Assembly: GCA_964645315.1 (NCBI GenBank)
Contig: CAZYBH010000003.1
Coordinates: 5,789 to 69,788, forward strand
Direction of reading: 5' to 3'
Origin: an uncultured Candidatus Saccharibacteria bacterium
Lineage (GTDB): Bacteria; Patescibacteriota; Minisyncoccia; Phycocordibacterales; PALSA-1337
Length of the DNA stretch: 64,000 nucleotides
Shown piece by piece: positions 48,046 to 56,572 of the stretch; the first letter of the stretch is position 1; every line of letters starts with the position of its first letter. Below the pieces are notes generated by a model that did not search any database, was not told the origin of the DNA, and saw nothing but the letters and a program-made list of their open reading frames with translations. Position numbers and translations under genes: made by a program.

Positions 48046-48100
48046 AAATTTAAAGTTGGGGGCTTAACTTTAAATTTGCCGATTCCAAATTAAAAGTTAC
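48046..48100. promoter_or_regulatory. three alternating half-sites AAATTTAAAGTT / AACTTTAAATTT / AAATTAAAAGTT, ~130-180 bp upstream of mod; near-identical element at 62459..62512
   Basis: Half-sites at 48046..48057, 48066..48077 and 48087..48098. The last overlaps the stop codon of the Zn-ribbon gene. Confidence 0.55.
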
Positions 48101-48390
48101 TGTCCGGTCCACTCTTGCTCACAAACCGCACATTGTACATAGCCGGTATGTTCAAAATTGTTGGTAAATCCATTAGATTGATACGTTTTTGTTGTCTCAT
48201 CCCAGTAGAACTCGTCATCGATAATAGTTTCTACAAGTTTACGATCAGAGCCACAAAACTGACAGGTGTGTTTTGGATATTTTTTAGTCTTTCTTTCCAT
48301 ACGGACGATCATTGATCGAAGGCTGGAAGAAGTCAATGAAAAGCTAAAACCGCCCATTTCGAGACGGTTTCGGATACTCCTTCTACGCAT
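48097..48390 (-). CDS. small zinc-ribbon protein (CxxC ... CxxC)
   Basis: CQFCGS ... CAVCEQ. 97 aa. Confidence 0.5.
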   Translation of the reverse strand: MRRRSIRNRLEMGGFSFSLTSSSLRSMIVRMERKTKKYPKHTCQFCGSDRKLVETIIDDEFYWDETTKTYQSNGFTNNFEHTGYVQCAVCEQEWTGQ

Positions 48391-48422
48391 GGCAGACGAG
48401 ATAATATAAATATAACTTTCTT

Positions 48423-48770
48423 TTATTCAATCACAAAATCTAGCTGTTCCTCTGGAATGCCTAATGATCGGCCATAATCGCAGGCATCCTTCCATGTTTC
48501 CTTTTGATTGTACTTAAACTCAAAGACTTTGTCTTTAAATACAGCGATTACATCGTTACCGTTCCAAAAATGCATATACCACTTGCCGGACTTGATATAT
48601 CGAGAAACTTTTTGAATATCATCCTTAGTAACTTTTACTGTATACAAATGCCATCGATCGGCAGGATTCTCATCTTTTGAAATTCTAAGACCACTGATAT
48701 CTAAGTCATTAATAATTCTATTATCTTCAAGACTTTCTTCTACGATTGTGCCCTTATAAGTTATGTTCAT
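48423..48770 (-). CDS. hypothetical protein (115 aa)
   Basis: Track ORF, tightly packed between neighbouring genes on the same strand. Confidence 0.45.
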   Translation of the reverse strand: MNITYKGTIVEESLEDNRIINDLDISGLRISKDENPADRWHLYTVKVTKDDIQKVSRYIKSGKWYMHFWNGNDVIAVFKDKVFEFKYNQKETWKDACDYGRSLGIPEEQLDFVIE

Positions 48771-48771
48771 G

Positions 48772-49518
48772 TTATTTATTTAAATTAAAAGTAAAACCAT
48801 TTCTACTCCAAAACCAAAGAGGTGGATGCATATCAATAGGATCAATACCGCTGTTTTTTAGTAAATCTCTCCACCGTTCTGAAATTGCATCTTTTGTTAA
48901 ATTGGTTGCCTCTTCTGGAGAAATTACACCTAGTTTTACTGAGCATTGAGTAATGTGAGTATCGGGTGCAATTTCTATTTGGTCCCGATTATTTAGACCA
49001 ATTTTACCGTAAGTACTTATAATAAATGACCAATAATTAAATATCTTCGGACCAGATAAATAAGGAAATCCTTTCTTATGCTCAACCTTAACAAGCTGTT
49101 TTAAATTAATAAAATCACTGTCTATTGTTTCAAAGAATTTTGTGAACGAACCCCATTCTTCATGAATTGTCTTTGCGATTATTCTCCATGTATTCACGTG
49201 TTTATTAGGTTGAAGTGCAACTTTATATTTCATTAGTGCCTTACGAACCTCATCTTCCGAAGCCTTAGAGACAGCTTTTACATCAAATACAAATCTAGTG
49301 TCGGCGTCATTAAAAGTCTTGAGCGCAGATTCCCATAATTTATAACTATCTCGCTGATAGTTTAAGGCCATTGGTAAAGTAAAATATGCGATTCTAAATT
49401 CTTTGTCTGTATCAGAAAAGTCTGGACTTGAGTCTTCTGGCATAACAGTTTGTCCGAGCTTACCTGATTTAAAAGCATCAATGAGTGTTTTGCAATTTTT
49501 GAGTAAGTCTTTATTCAT
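48772..49518 (-). CDS. HhH-GPD superfamily DNA glycosylase-like protein
   Basis: GFPYLSGPKIFNYWSFII (HhH-like hairpin region) followed by IEIAPDTHITQCSVKLGV. Compare the VDTHVxRVxxRLG catalytic Asp region of Endo III/AlkA-type glycosylases. Confidence 0.5.
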   Translation of the reverse strand: MNKDLLKNCKTLIDAFKSGKLGQTVMPEDSSPDFSDTDKEFRIAYFTLPMALNYQRDSYKLWESALKTFNDADTRFVFDVKAVSKASEDEVRKALMKYKVALQPNKHVNTWRIIAKTIHEEWGSFTKFFETIDSDFINLKQLVKVEHKKGFPYLSGPKIFNYWSFIISTYGKIGLNNRDQIEIAPDTHITQCSVKLGVISPEEATNLTKDAISERWRDLLKNSGIDPIDMHPPLWFWSRNGFTFNLNK

Positions 49519-49573
49519 TAGTTAATTGCAATTTTATCATTTTTGACTCTTTTTTGCTAAAATAGTAATCACT

Positions 49574-50107
49574 ATGACATTAATCTACATACTCACTGGA
49601 ATCATTGTTGTTATTGGTGTTGTTGTTGGACTTCTGAAAGATAAGTTTGATTTTATAGACGATAAACCAAAATATAACTATAAACGTCGCAATTGGTTTC
49701 TAACTAAAGCTGAACATGAATTTTATGATGCACTTGTGAAAGTGGTCGGTAACGATTACATCATCTTTGCTCAAGTTCATTTACCAACACTTCTTGAACA
49801 TAAGGTCGTAGGACAAAACTGGAATGCAGCATTCAGACATGTGAGTCAAAAGTCTGTAGACTTCGTACTTTGTGACAAAGCGTACATTTCTCCAAAGCTT
49901 GCTATTGAGCTTGATGATAAGTCACATGAAAGGCCTGATCGTGTGGACCGAGATATTGAAGTTGAGCGTATTCTTAAGGGCGCAGGTCTGCCACTTATAA
50001 GGATCCAAAATCATGGAACATTTAATCCTCAAGAGTTAGCTCAAAAGATTAGGATCGCTATAAATCCTAGCGATACTTCGCCATCTCTTTCTCAGTCGGC
50101 CTCGTAA
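49574..50107 (+). CDS. DUF2726-like protein with N-terminal TM helix (predicted restriction-endonuclease-like fold)
   Basis: FLTKAEHEFYDAL ... YIIFAQV ... VDFVLCD ... IELDDKSH, resembling DUF2726. Confidence 0.55.
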   Translation: MTLIYILTGIIVVIGVVVGLLKDKFDFIDDKPKYNYKRRNWFLTKAEHEFYDALVKVVGNDYIIFAQVHLPTLLEHKVVGQNWNAAFRHVSQKSVDFVLCDKAYISPKLAIELDDKSHERPDRVDRDIEVERILKGAGLPLIRIQNHGTFNPQELAQKIRIAINPSDTSPSLSQSAS

Positions 50108-50121
50108 TTCCAAAGAAACCC

Positions 50122-50191
50122 TGCTTGATATTCGGTAGCCAAATATGGGCTTTATTCGTCTTCCAAAAGGTTCCTATTTCTCGTGCAATGT
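50122..50191. repeat. ~70-bp direct repeat, copy 1 (copy 2 at 50415..50483, ~90% identical)
   Basis: tgcttgatatt.ggtagccaaatatggg..ttattc...ttccaaaaggttcctatttctcgtgcaatgt is present twice. Each copy ends at an ATG. Confidence 0.75.
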
Positions 50192-50217
50192 CGAGCATTA
50201 TTATTAAATTTTACTCT

Positions 50218-50400
50218 ATGAAAAAGATTATTTTATCAGTTATAATTATCATATTTACATTTTCAGTATTATTCTTATCATCAGCAGAAGCAAAAAGTCG
50301 AGGAGGAGCGTATTATAAAAGTGCGTCGAGTGGTAGATTTACCACCAAATCATCATACTATAGAAGTCCAAGTACGACTTATAGATCTTATAGACGTTAA
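50218..50400 (+). CDS. secreted Tyr/Ser/Arg-rich micropeptide (60 aa with signal peptide)
   Basis: MKKIILSVIIIIFTFSVLFLSSAEA | KSRGGAYYKSASSGRFTTKSSYYRSPSTTYRSYRR. An alternative start is the ATG at 50188, inside repeat copy 1. Confidence 0.4.
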   Translation: MKKIILSVIIIIFTFSVLFLSSAEAKSRGGAYYKSASSGRFTTKSSYYRSPSTTYRSYRR

Positions 50401-50414
50401 ATAATACATAACCT

Positions 50415-50483
50415 TGCTTGATATTTGTAGCCAAATATGGGCCTTATTCTCTTTCCAAAAGGTTCCTATTTCTCGTGCAATGT
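50415..50483. repeat. ~70-bp direct repeat, copy 2
   Basis: See 50122..50191. The terminal ATG (50479) opens a 35-codon ORF, MLQMKNRTSIMLEAILLSHHLLFNPHVALNSFKYF. Confidence 0.75.
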
Positions 50484-50727
50484 TGCAAATGAAAAATCGC
50501 ACATCAATAATGCTAGAAGCCATTCTTCTTTCTCATCATCTCCTTTTCAACCCGCATGTTGCCTTGAATTCGTTCAAATATTTCTAAGAGATTTTTCCCA
50601 ACCTCTTACAATTTCCAAAGACTGTTCCTCAAGTTCAGCCAGATGTACCAACTTAAGTGGTCGAGATAATTAGGATTCTTTCGCCTTTTCTATTGCCATG
50701 ATTAAAAAATCTGTATCTCTCATAACT

Positions 50728-51126
50728 TTATTTCTTACACATAACCTCAAGTTTAATTCGATCAGGATCTTCAAAAAACACAGCGTAATATTCACATCCG
50801 TATTCAGAAAAAACTTTAGGTGTGTCGTATAGGGTAGATATTCCTTTTGGTTTCAAAAACTCATTTACAAAACGATCTACTTTTTCTCTTGAATCTAGTC
50901 TAAAGGCAAGATGATTAATGCCAGTATTTTTTCTATGAAATCTGTCTTTGTGAGCTTTGTCTGTTTCAATAATCCAAAAATCGGTACTGCCATTACTAAC
51001 CCCAATATGTTGTGGGCTTTCATCAATAATTTTATATTCGAGATAAGTGAAAAAGTCCTTATAGAATGGTAGTGACAATTTTGCATCAGAAACATTTATA
51101 TGGATGTGGTAAAGAAAGGCTTTCAT
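50728..51126 (-). CDS. VOC / glyoxalase-bleomycin resistance family protein
   Basis: Paired beta-alpha-beta-beta-beta modules with His/Glu metal ligands (HIHINV ... HLAFR ... E). Start at MKAFLYH. Confidence 0.6.
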   Translation of the reverse strand: MKAFLYHIHINVSDAKLSLPFYKDFFTYLEYKIIDESPQHIGVSNGSTDFWIIETDKAHKDRFHRKNTGINHLAFRLDSREKVDRFVNEFLKPKGISTLYDTPKVFSEYGCEYYAVFFEDPDRIKLEVMCKK

Positions 51127-51309
51127 TATATTTATCCTCAAAATCTAATGGCACATTACGCTCATCTTATCACCTCTGACCATTTCCCGCATCTACCGAA
51201 ACGCAATTGTAATTACTGAGGTCAATCAATACTTACAAACAATCTCAACATAACATTAAATTGACATATATTAACATTAATGTTTATATATTTATAGACT
51301 AATCATCAA

Positions 51310-51840
51310 ATGAATAATGACCTGTTCTCAATCGGACTGACAAGAGAAACGGTGGCAAAACTAGCAAAATTGGGAATCTCAACACTTCGCGGTCTAGGGA
51401 CAAGACTCAACGAAAATCTGGACCTAAGCCGAGGAAGTGAGACTTTGGCATCTGGAAGAACGATTTACAAAATACCAAGAATACCCAGTGTATTGATCAA
51501 TCAGCTCAATTTTCACACTGGCGTAAAATCGATTGAAGAACTTCTGGAGTTAAATCCGGAACACAAATTCTTCAATGGCAGACCCGGCTGGCGGATACTC
51601 CTCACTACTGGACTTATCGATCTCGGTTACGACGAAACCCATGGCACCTTTCTCTCAATGGAAAGCTGGGCAATTTTCATTAGAGACCTAAGAGCCTACA
51701 GGTTCTTGATCACATTGGATGGAAGGGGTCAGTTATCGGACAAATTCAAGTCATGGTTCAATCGAGCGATCAAAGGTTATCAATACAATCAAGATAATCG
51801 CAAAAGGACTCTGACTGTAAATCCATTTCCTGTCAAGTGA
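51310..51840 (+). CDS. hypothetical protein (176 aa)
   Basis: Track ORF followed by a terminator. Confidence 0.45.
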   Translation: MNNDLFSIGLTRETVAKLAKLGISTLRGLGTRLNENLDLSRGSETLASGRTIYKIPRIPSVLINQLNFHTGVKSIEELLELNPEHKFFNGRPGWRILLTTGLIDLGYDETHGTFLSMESWAIFIRDLRAYRFLITLDGRGQLSDKFKSWFNRAIKGYQYNQDNRKRTLTVNPFPVK

Positions 51841-51872
51841 GAAGGAACTGTCGAATCAGCAGCACCCATCGA

Positions 51873-51897
51873 AGACCCACTTCGGTGGGTTTTTCGT
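51873..51897 (+). terminator. rho-independent terminator (acccac-ttcg-gtgggt + ttttt)
   Basis: Seen directly after the 51840 stop. Confidence 0.6.
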
Positions 51898-51936
51898 TAT
51901 TAGAAAAAGTAAAAACAATTATGCTACAATTCCCCT

Positions 51937-52230
51937 ATGAAATCACCTTACTTCCACAGCTTACTTGCAGAAGTCTACATCATGGGCATATCGCTCATTA
52001 TTCATAGCCTCCAAAATCCTAATTCACCTGATACCATCTTTGCCCCTATTCTTGCCCTATCACTCTTTGTATTGTCTGCTTCGATCATGGGTTACCTATT
52101 CCTCGGCAGACCCTTCCAGCTATATCTAGATGGTCACAAAAAAGATGCTGTGACATTTTTTGCAAAAACTGTTTTTGGCTTTGCAGTGCTCACACTTGTT
52201 GCATATTTGGTTGTAAAGATTTGGGGGTAG
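51937..52230 (+). CDS. small membrane protein (97 aa)
   Basis: Three hydrophobic helices. Confidence 0.4.
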   Translation: MKSPYFHSLLAEVYIMGISLIIHSLQNPNSPDTIFAPILALSLFVLSASIMGYLFLGRPFQLYLDGHKKDAVTFFAKTVFGFAVLTLVAYLVVKIWG

Positions 52231-52257
52231 TTATTTCGTTAGATCAAAATCAAAAAA

Positions 52258-52656
52258 ATGAATACAGATCCAAGACTTCATCACTATTGTCAAAACATAA
52301 CCCGAGGAAATCTTGACCTTGTTGTCGAGATGTATAAACTTCTAAACTTCAAAGTAGTTTATACACCACCAAATAAAGACTGGATAATGGTTGCTCAAGA
52401 TAATCTCCGGTTTGCAATCCAAATAATTCAAGTCGATGACAAACCTACCGATAATTTAACAGAAAAAATTAAAACTCATATAGCATTAATTTCAGATAAT
52501 CCAGCAAATGTTATTCAAGAGATAAAAATCTGGGCAAATTCAAAAGGTCTAAGATTTAGAGAAGGTGGCTGGTCGCCCATCGAAAGATATTTCGATTTGC
52601 CAGATATTTTTGTTAATTTTGTGGTGGAAATTATGCATACATCAATAGAAGACTAA
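52258..52656 (+). CDS. hypothetical protein (132 aa)
   Basis: Track ORF. An RBS-like aaaaaa lies before the ATG. Confidence 0.45.
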   Translation: MNTDPRLHHYCQNITRGNLDLVVEMYKLLNFKVVYTPPNKDWIMVAQDNLRFAIQIIQVDDKPTDNLTEKIKTHIALISDNPANVIQEIKIWANSKGLRFREGGWSPIERYFDLPDIFVNFVVEIMHTSIED

Positions 52657-52667
52657 TACAAAATAAA

Positions 52668-52692
52668 ACACTCGACGCACATTACGCACGTC
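52668..52692 (-). terminator. hairpin ctcgacg...cgtcgag; a U-run follows on the minus strand (terminator of the PRTase gene, possibly bidirectional)
   Basis: Seen directly. Confidence 0.5.
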
Positions 52693-52724
52693 GAGCGTTC
52701 GAAATTAGTGGGGACAACCAATCC

Positions 52725-53393
52725 CTACTTACCAATCAACCGATCCCAATACTCGATAGTCTTTGGCTCTTTGAGTGCCAGCGAACCGGCTCTGCAGAGC
52801 GGACACTCAATGGTAGTCCAGGTTGGCATGTATTCATCGATGAGCGAGATAATACTGGGACCTCGCATCGACAGCGCCTGCTTACCAGACCGATTGAGGA
52901 TCGTAACTACCATCGGCATCGGTTCGATACCCATTTCGCGAAGAGCTTCGAAGACATTGAGTACACTCCCGCCAGTCGTGATCGTATCTTCGGCGACCAA
53001 GACACGAGCCGACTTGCGAATACGGTGTCTCGGAAACCGCATGGCGGGTTTACCGCCACGACTGCACTTTTCGGCATAGGCGGTGTTGATATGGTGGTGT
53101 GAGTAACTGCATTGTCTGGCAACTTCGTAAGCCAACGTAACTGCGCCCATTGCTGGACCGACGACCCAGTCGATATTATTGAAATCGGTTCCAGCATTAT
53201 GCAGCTTTTCTTGAATATGCCTGACCACATCCTCCAAAATCCGAGGACACTGGGTTACAAGAGTGCTGTTGAAATACCCTCCAGAATGAAGACCGGAACT
53301 CAAGACCACATGAGGCTTAGTCGAGTCTCCATCATGCATCCACATCATTTTTTTGTGGATAAAATAGTCCAACCACGTTTTACTGTCAGCCAT
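52725..53393 (-). CDS. type I phosphoribosyltransferase-domain protein (orotate/purine PRTase-like), GC-rich
   Basis: PRPP-binding motif VLVAEDTITTGGSV. About 50% GC. Confidence 0.7.
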   Translation of the reverse strand: MADSKTWLDYFIHKKMMWMHDGDSTKPHVVLSSGLHSGGYFNSTLVTQCPRILEDVVRHIQEKLHNAGTDFNNIDWVVGPAMGAVTLAYEVARQCSYSHHHINTAYAEKCSRGGKPAMRFPRHRIRKSARVLVAEDTITTGGSVLNVFEALREMGIEPMPMVVTILNRSGKQALSMRGPSIISLIDEYMPTWTTIECPLCRAGSLALKEPKTIEYWDRLIGK

Positions 53394-53467
53394 TTGATTC
53401 CTTTCTCAATTTCCATTTTTAGCGTATAATAAAAATGAGTGGATGTAAAGTCTGATCAAAACAAAAA

Positions 53468-53502
53468 CATCCCCGCCAACCTTGCGGTAGCGGGGACGCT
53501 GC
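53468..53502 (-). terminator. rho-independent terminator after the ABC transporter gene (ccccgc...gcgggg + U-run on the minus strand)
   Basis: + strand ccccgccaaccttgcggtagcgggg, preceded by an A-run. Confidence 0.6.
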
Positions 53503-53525
53503 GTTTTGTTCGAAATTTCGAACAT

Positions 53526-55379
53526 TCAAATCAGATCGGATGACGATTCGGCACCGAGCCGTTCGCGATCTTTGTTTCGTAGTCTGACATAGGCACCACC
53601 AAGAGCCATCAACTCTGCATGTGTGCCCTGCTCAACCACTTTACCCTTGCCCATTACGATCACCTGATCGCAACGTTCAGCGCGCGAGACATGATGCGTG
53701 ATCATGATAACCGTCACACCTGTAAGGGCGAAGACGGCATCGATGACCTTTTGAGCCGATACAGGATCGAGTTTGGCGTCAGGTTCATCCAAGATAAGGA
53801 CTGGTGTCCTGCGGTAATGGACTCGAGCAAGAGCCAAGCGTTGCTTTTGTCCGCCCGAGAATTCGCGACCACCAAACTCAGTTCCAATCTGAGCATTCAG
53901 CCCCTTCTCATCTTCGTCCACAACCTCATCGAAGTTAGCGAACTTACATGAATTGAGTACCCTCTCAGTGTTGATCGGCTCTCCAAGTCTCGATGAAGCT
54001 ATCTCCTCCCCAACCAATCTTGAAAGTACGACGTATTCTTGACTCAAGGCCGAAACGACCCGATTCCAATCTTCGGGTCGGATATTTCTCAAGTCGACAC
54101 CGCCCGCCGAAATGGAACCACTCGTTGGATCGTAGTGTCTCATGAATAATGAAACCAGGGTCGATTTGCCTGCACCACTAGTACCGACTATCGCCACCTT
54201 AGATCCCGGCTCAATCGTGAAGCTGACATCTTTCAATATCTTAGCCTCACTACCTGGGTATGTAAAGCAGACCTTATCAAATCTGATCGTCGGTATAACC
54301 GATGGATCCGGATTGACAGGATACTCTGTCTTCAACAATGGCTTCATGCCGAGGAAGTCCTCCTCAATGAGGATTACACCTTTGGCACTATTCCACTGTT
54401 CGGCAATCGTCGAAACGATAGACTCCAAGTTTCCTTGGAAAGTCTTGGCAGAAGCGATGATGATGGTCAAAGTACCGATCCCAACCGAATGTGTTATCGT
54501 CGACCAGACCGCCAATGCAACTACAAAACAGAGACCGAGCACAGCCACAAGATGAGCGAACATCTTATTCCGTATACTGGTCTTGCGTAGCTTGTCATAG
54601 TTGTCGAGCACTTCTCCAACATTAATGTCGATCTCCTTGAGAAGAGGTGACATTTGGTTGAAAGTCCGTGCCTGAATGAATGCCCTATCGTCTCCGCGGA
54701 ATGGTTGTTCAAGAACAGAGCGCTTCTTATGTAGAGGTACTTGCTCTTGAAATAACGTCCACCACTTAGATACAAGGTCGAATTCGACAATCATCATCGG
54801 TATGCCGACAAGAACCAAGATGAAAGCGTAGATCGGTTTGTACCAGAGTAGAGCTGTTCCGAAGAGTACAAATGAAACCATGGTTACGAACAAGTTGAAA
54901 AGCTCATCCGAAAACCAAATTCTTGTCTGCCAGGACGTCGGCAACTCCTGAATTCTCCTTTCCAAATCGTCAAACTCTTTGCTCCTGATTCTGGCTATAT
55001 CGAGAGTCGATCGGAGAAATGTCAGTTCCCTTTGATTGGCAAAACGCAATTTGTGATTCCACTTATTGCGAAAATACCATTTCAATGGGCCGAACAACTC
55101 ACCGAATATCGTCACAACACTCCAAAACACGACTGGAGCGACAAGTCCGGAAGTGAGAATATCGACCACTTGTCGATAGTTGTCAACCTTTCCGAGTTCT
55201 TTCTGCACACCATTGATAATGATACCAGTCGACTGAATGCCGAGGTACATAACAACGGTCGTCGCCAAGGAGATCATGATACGCGCAAAGGTATCACCCT
55301 TACTATTCCTCCAGCAAAATCCGAAGGAGTACCGAGTCGCCTTGAGTATCGTCGTTATCGTTTCCCTAATTTTCTTCAC
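53526..55379 (-). CDS. ABC exporter, fused permease + ATPase (MsbA/multidrug-type), GC-rich
   Basis: Six-TM N-terminal half. Walker A GTSGAGKSTL, signature LSGGQKQRLALAR, Walker B ILDEPDAKLD. Confidence 0.85.
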   Translation of the reverse strand: MKKIRETITTILKATRYSFGFCWRNSKGDTFARIMISLATTVVMYLGIQSTGIIINGVQKELGKVDNYRQVVDILTSGLVAPVVFWSVVTIFGELFGPLKWYFRNKWNHKLRFANQRELTFLRSTLDIARIRSKEFDDLERRIQELPTSWQTRIWFSDELFNLFVTMVSFVLFGTALLWYKPIYAFILVLVGIPMMIVEFDLVSKWWTLFQEQVPLHKKRSVLEQPFRGDDRAFIQARTFNQMSPLLKEIDINVGEVLDNYDKLRKTSIRNKMFAHLVAVLGLCFVVALAVWSTITHSVGIGTLTIIIASAKTFQGNLESIVSTIAEQWNSAKGVILIEEDFLGMKPLLKTEYPVNPDPSVIPTIRFDKVCFTYPGSEAKILKDVSFTIEPGSKVAIVGTSGAGKSTLVSLFMRHYDPTSGSISAGGVDLRNIRPEDWNRVVSALSQEYVVLSRLVGEEIASSRLGEPINTERVLNSCKFANFDEVVDEDEKGLNAQIGTEFGGREFSGGQKQRLALARVHYRRTPVLILDEPDAKLDPVSAQKVIDAVFALTGVTVIMITHHVSRAERCDQVIVMGKGKVVEQGTHAELMALGGAYVRLRNKDRERLGAESSSDLI

Positions 55380-55576
55380 TTTCTTTTCCCTTTCTGGTTT
55401 CGTTGGTTCTTAGTTATCTAGTCTCAAAAACTTAGATCTGATTTGAATTGACAAAGAGCAGATTGCTGTTGTCACGAAATCAGGATACTTGCACCATTAT
55501 ATCAGCTTGTTGACATACCGTCAAATGTGGTTTTTGTGTAATTATTCAATATATAAATCTTTGATATAATAACCCC

Positions 55577-56146
55577 ATGCCCATATATGTCCCAAAACAA
55601 ATAGTAGAAATAAAACCAAGTAAGAAAGCACCTCTTTTTTTCCTAGCGGGACCGATCCGTGGCGGAGGTGATTGGCAAACAAAGATGGCGAGAATAATCT
55701 TGGATAAAGTTCCAGATGCAAACATCGCCTGCCCTGCTCGATGGGATGCCGATCATCCACTTGCACAATATTTCTACAAACCTTTTTCTCAAGCAGACAA
55801 TCGTCAATTGGTCTGGGAAAGACACTATCTCAAACAAGCAGGAATTGAACCAAATGTACCAGGCTGTATCATTTTTTGGCTGGGTCAAGAAAGTAAGACG
55901 AATCCTCATCCAGGTCCAGAATCATATGCCATGGACACTCGTCGAGAGATCGGTAAGTTCACCGCCTTTGCCGAAATGATGAAAACAAGAATGGTTGTCG
56001 GTGGTGATCGAACTTTCCATGGTCTCGATGTAATTCTTTTCGAATTAAGCGAAGCGTACAAAAAACCTTTTCCTTTCTATGAGACTATGGATGAAACGGT
56101 AGACGCTGCAATAAAACTTGTAAATGAGAACCCTTCTAATGACTAG
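55577..56146 (+). CDS. nucleoside 2-deoxyribosyltransferase-like (NDT/SLOG superfamily) protein
   Basis: LFFLAGPIRGG resembles the YLAGP motif of the NDT family. A TATAAT (55565..55570) lies 6 nt before the ATG, giving a leaderless-like arrangement. Confidence 0.45.
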   Translation: MPIYVPKQIVEIKPSKKAPLFFLAGPIRGGGDWQTKMARIILDKVPDANIACPARWDADHPLAQYFYKPFSQADNRQLVWERHYLKQAGIEPNVPGCIIFWLGQESKTNPHPGPESYAMDTRREIGKFTAFAEMMKTRMVVGGDRTFHGLDVILFELSEAYKKPFPFYETMDETVDAAIKLVNENPSND

Positions 56147-56149
56147 ACA

Positions 56150-56570
56150 TTTTTGAAAAAAAGTCGTAACATAATCATCGGATGAAGTTGGCCAGCCTTG
56201 ATAGAAGAGAAAGCGATCTGGAACAATAGAAGACCATCGCCGATGACTGGACTATAAGATGGCAACCCTTCTACCAGAAATTCTCTTTCACTAAGGATAA
56301 GTGATCAAGTCGTTCATGATCACACGTCCTCTGTCCTTGTGGCAAAAACTGGGGCAGTAGGTTTAGTGAGGCAATCGGCTGCCTGAAAAAGAACAATAGA
56401 TCACGGCAAAGTTTCGGGACAAGACACAGTAGCTATCGCCCATGTCGAAAATGACTGTGCCAGACAACACCCGACACCTCGTCGGCGCATCCTGTTCAGT
56501 AAATGACATTGTTCGGAGGTATGCCAACCTCTCCAACCCTCGGAAGTCACGGGACTTCCGAGGGTGCTTT
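56150..56570 (+). ncRNA. candidate non-coding transcript or degraded pseudogene: ~420 bp free of ORFs (>=60 aa) in all six frames, ending in a strong intrinsic terminator
   Basis: No track ORF falls in 56147..56572. Moderate GC. Internal hairpins (ggcag...ctgcc). Terminator ccctcggaagt-cacggg-acttccgaggg + tttttttat at 56531..56570. Confidence 0.3.
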
Positions 56571-56572
56571 TT

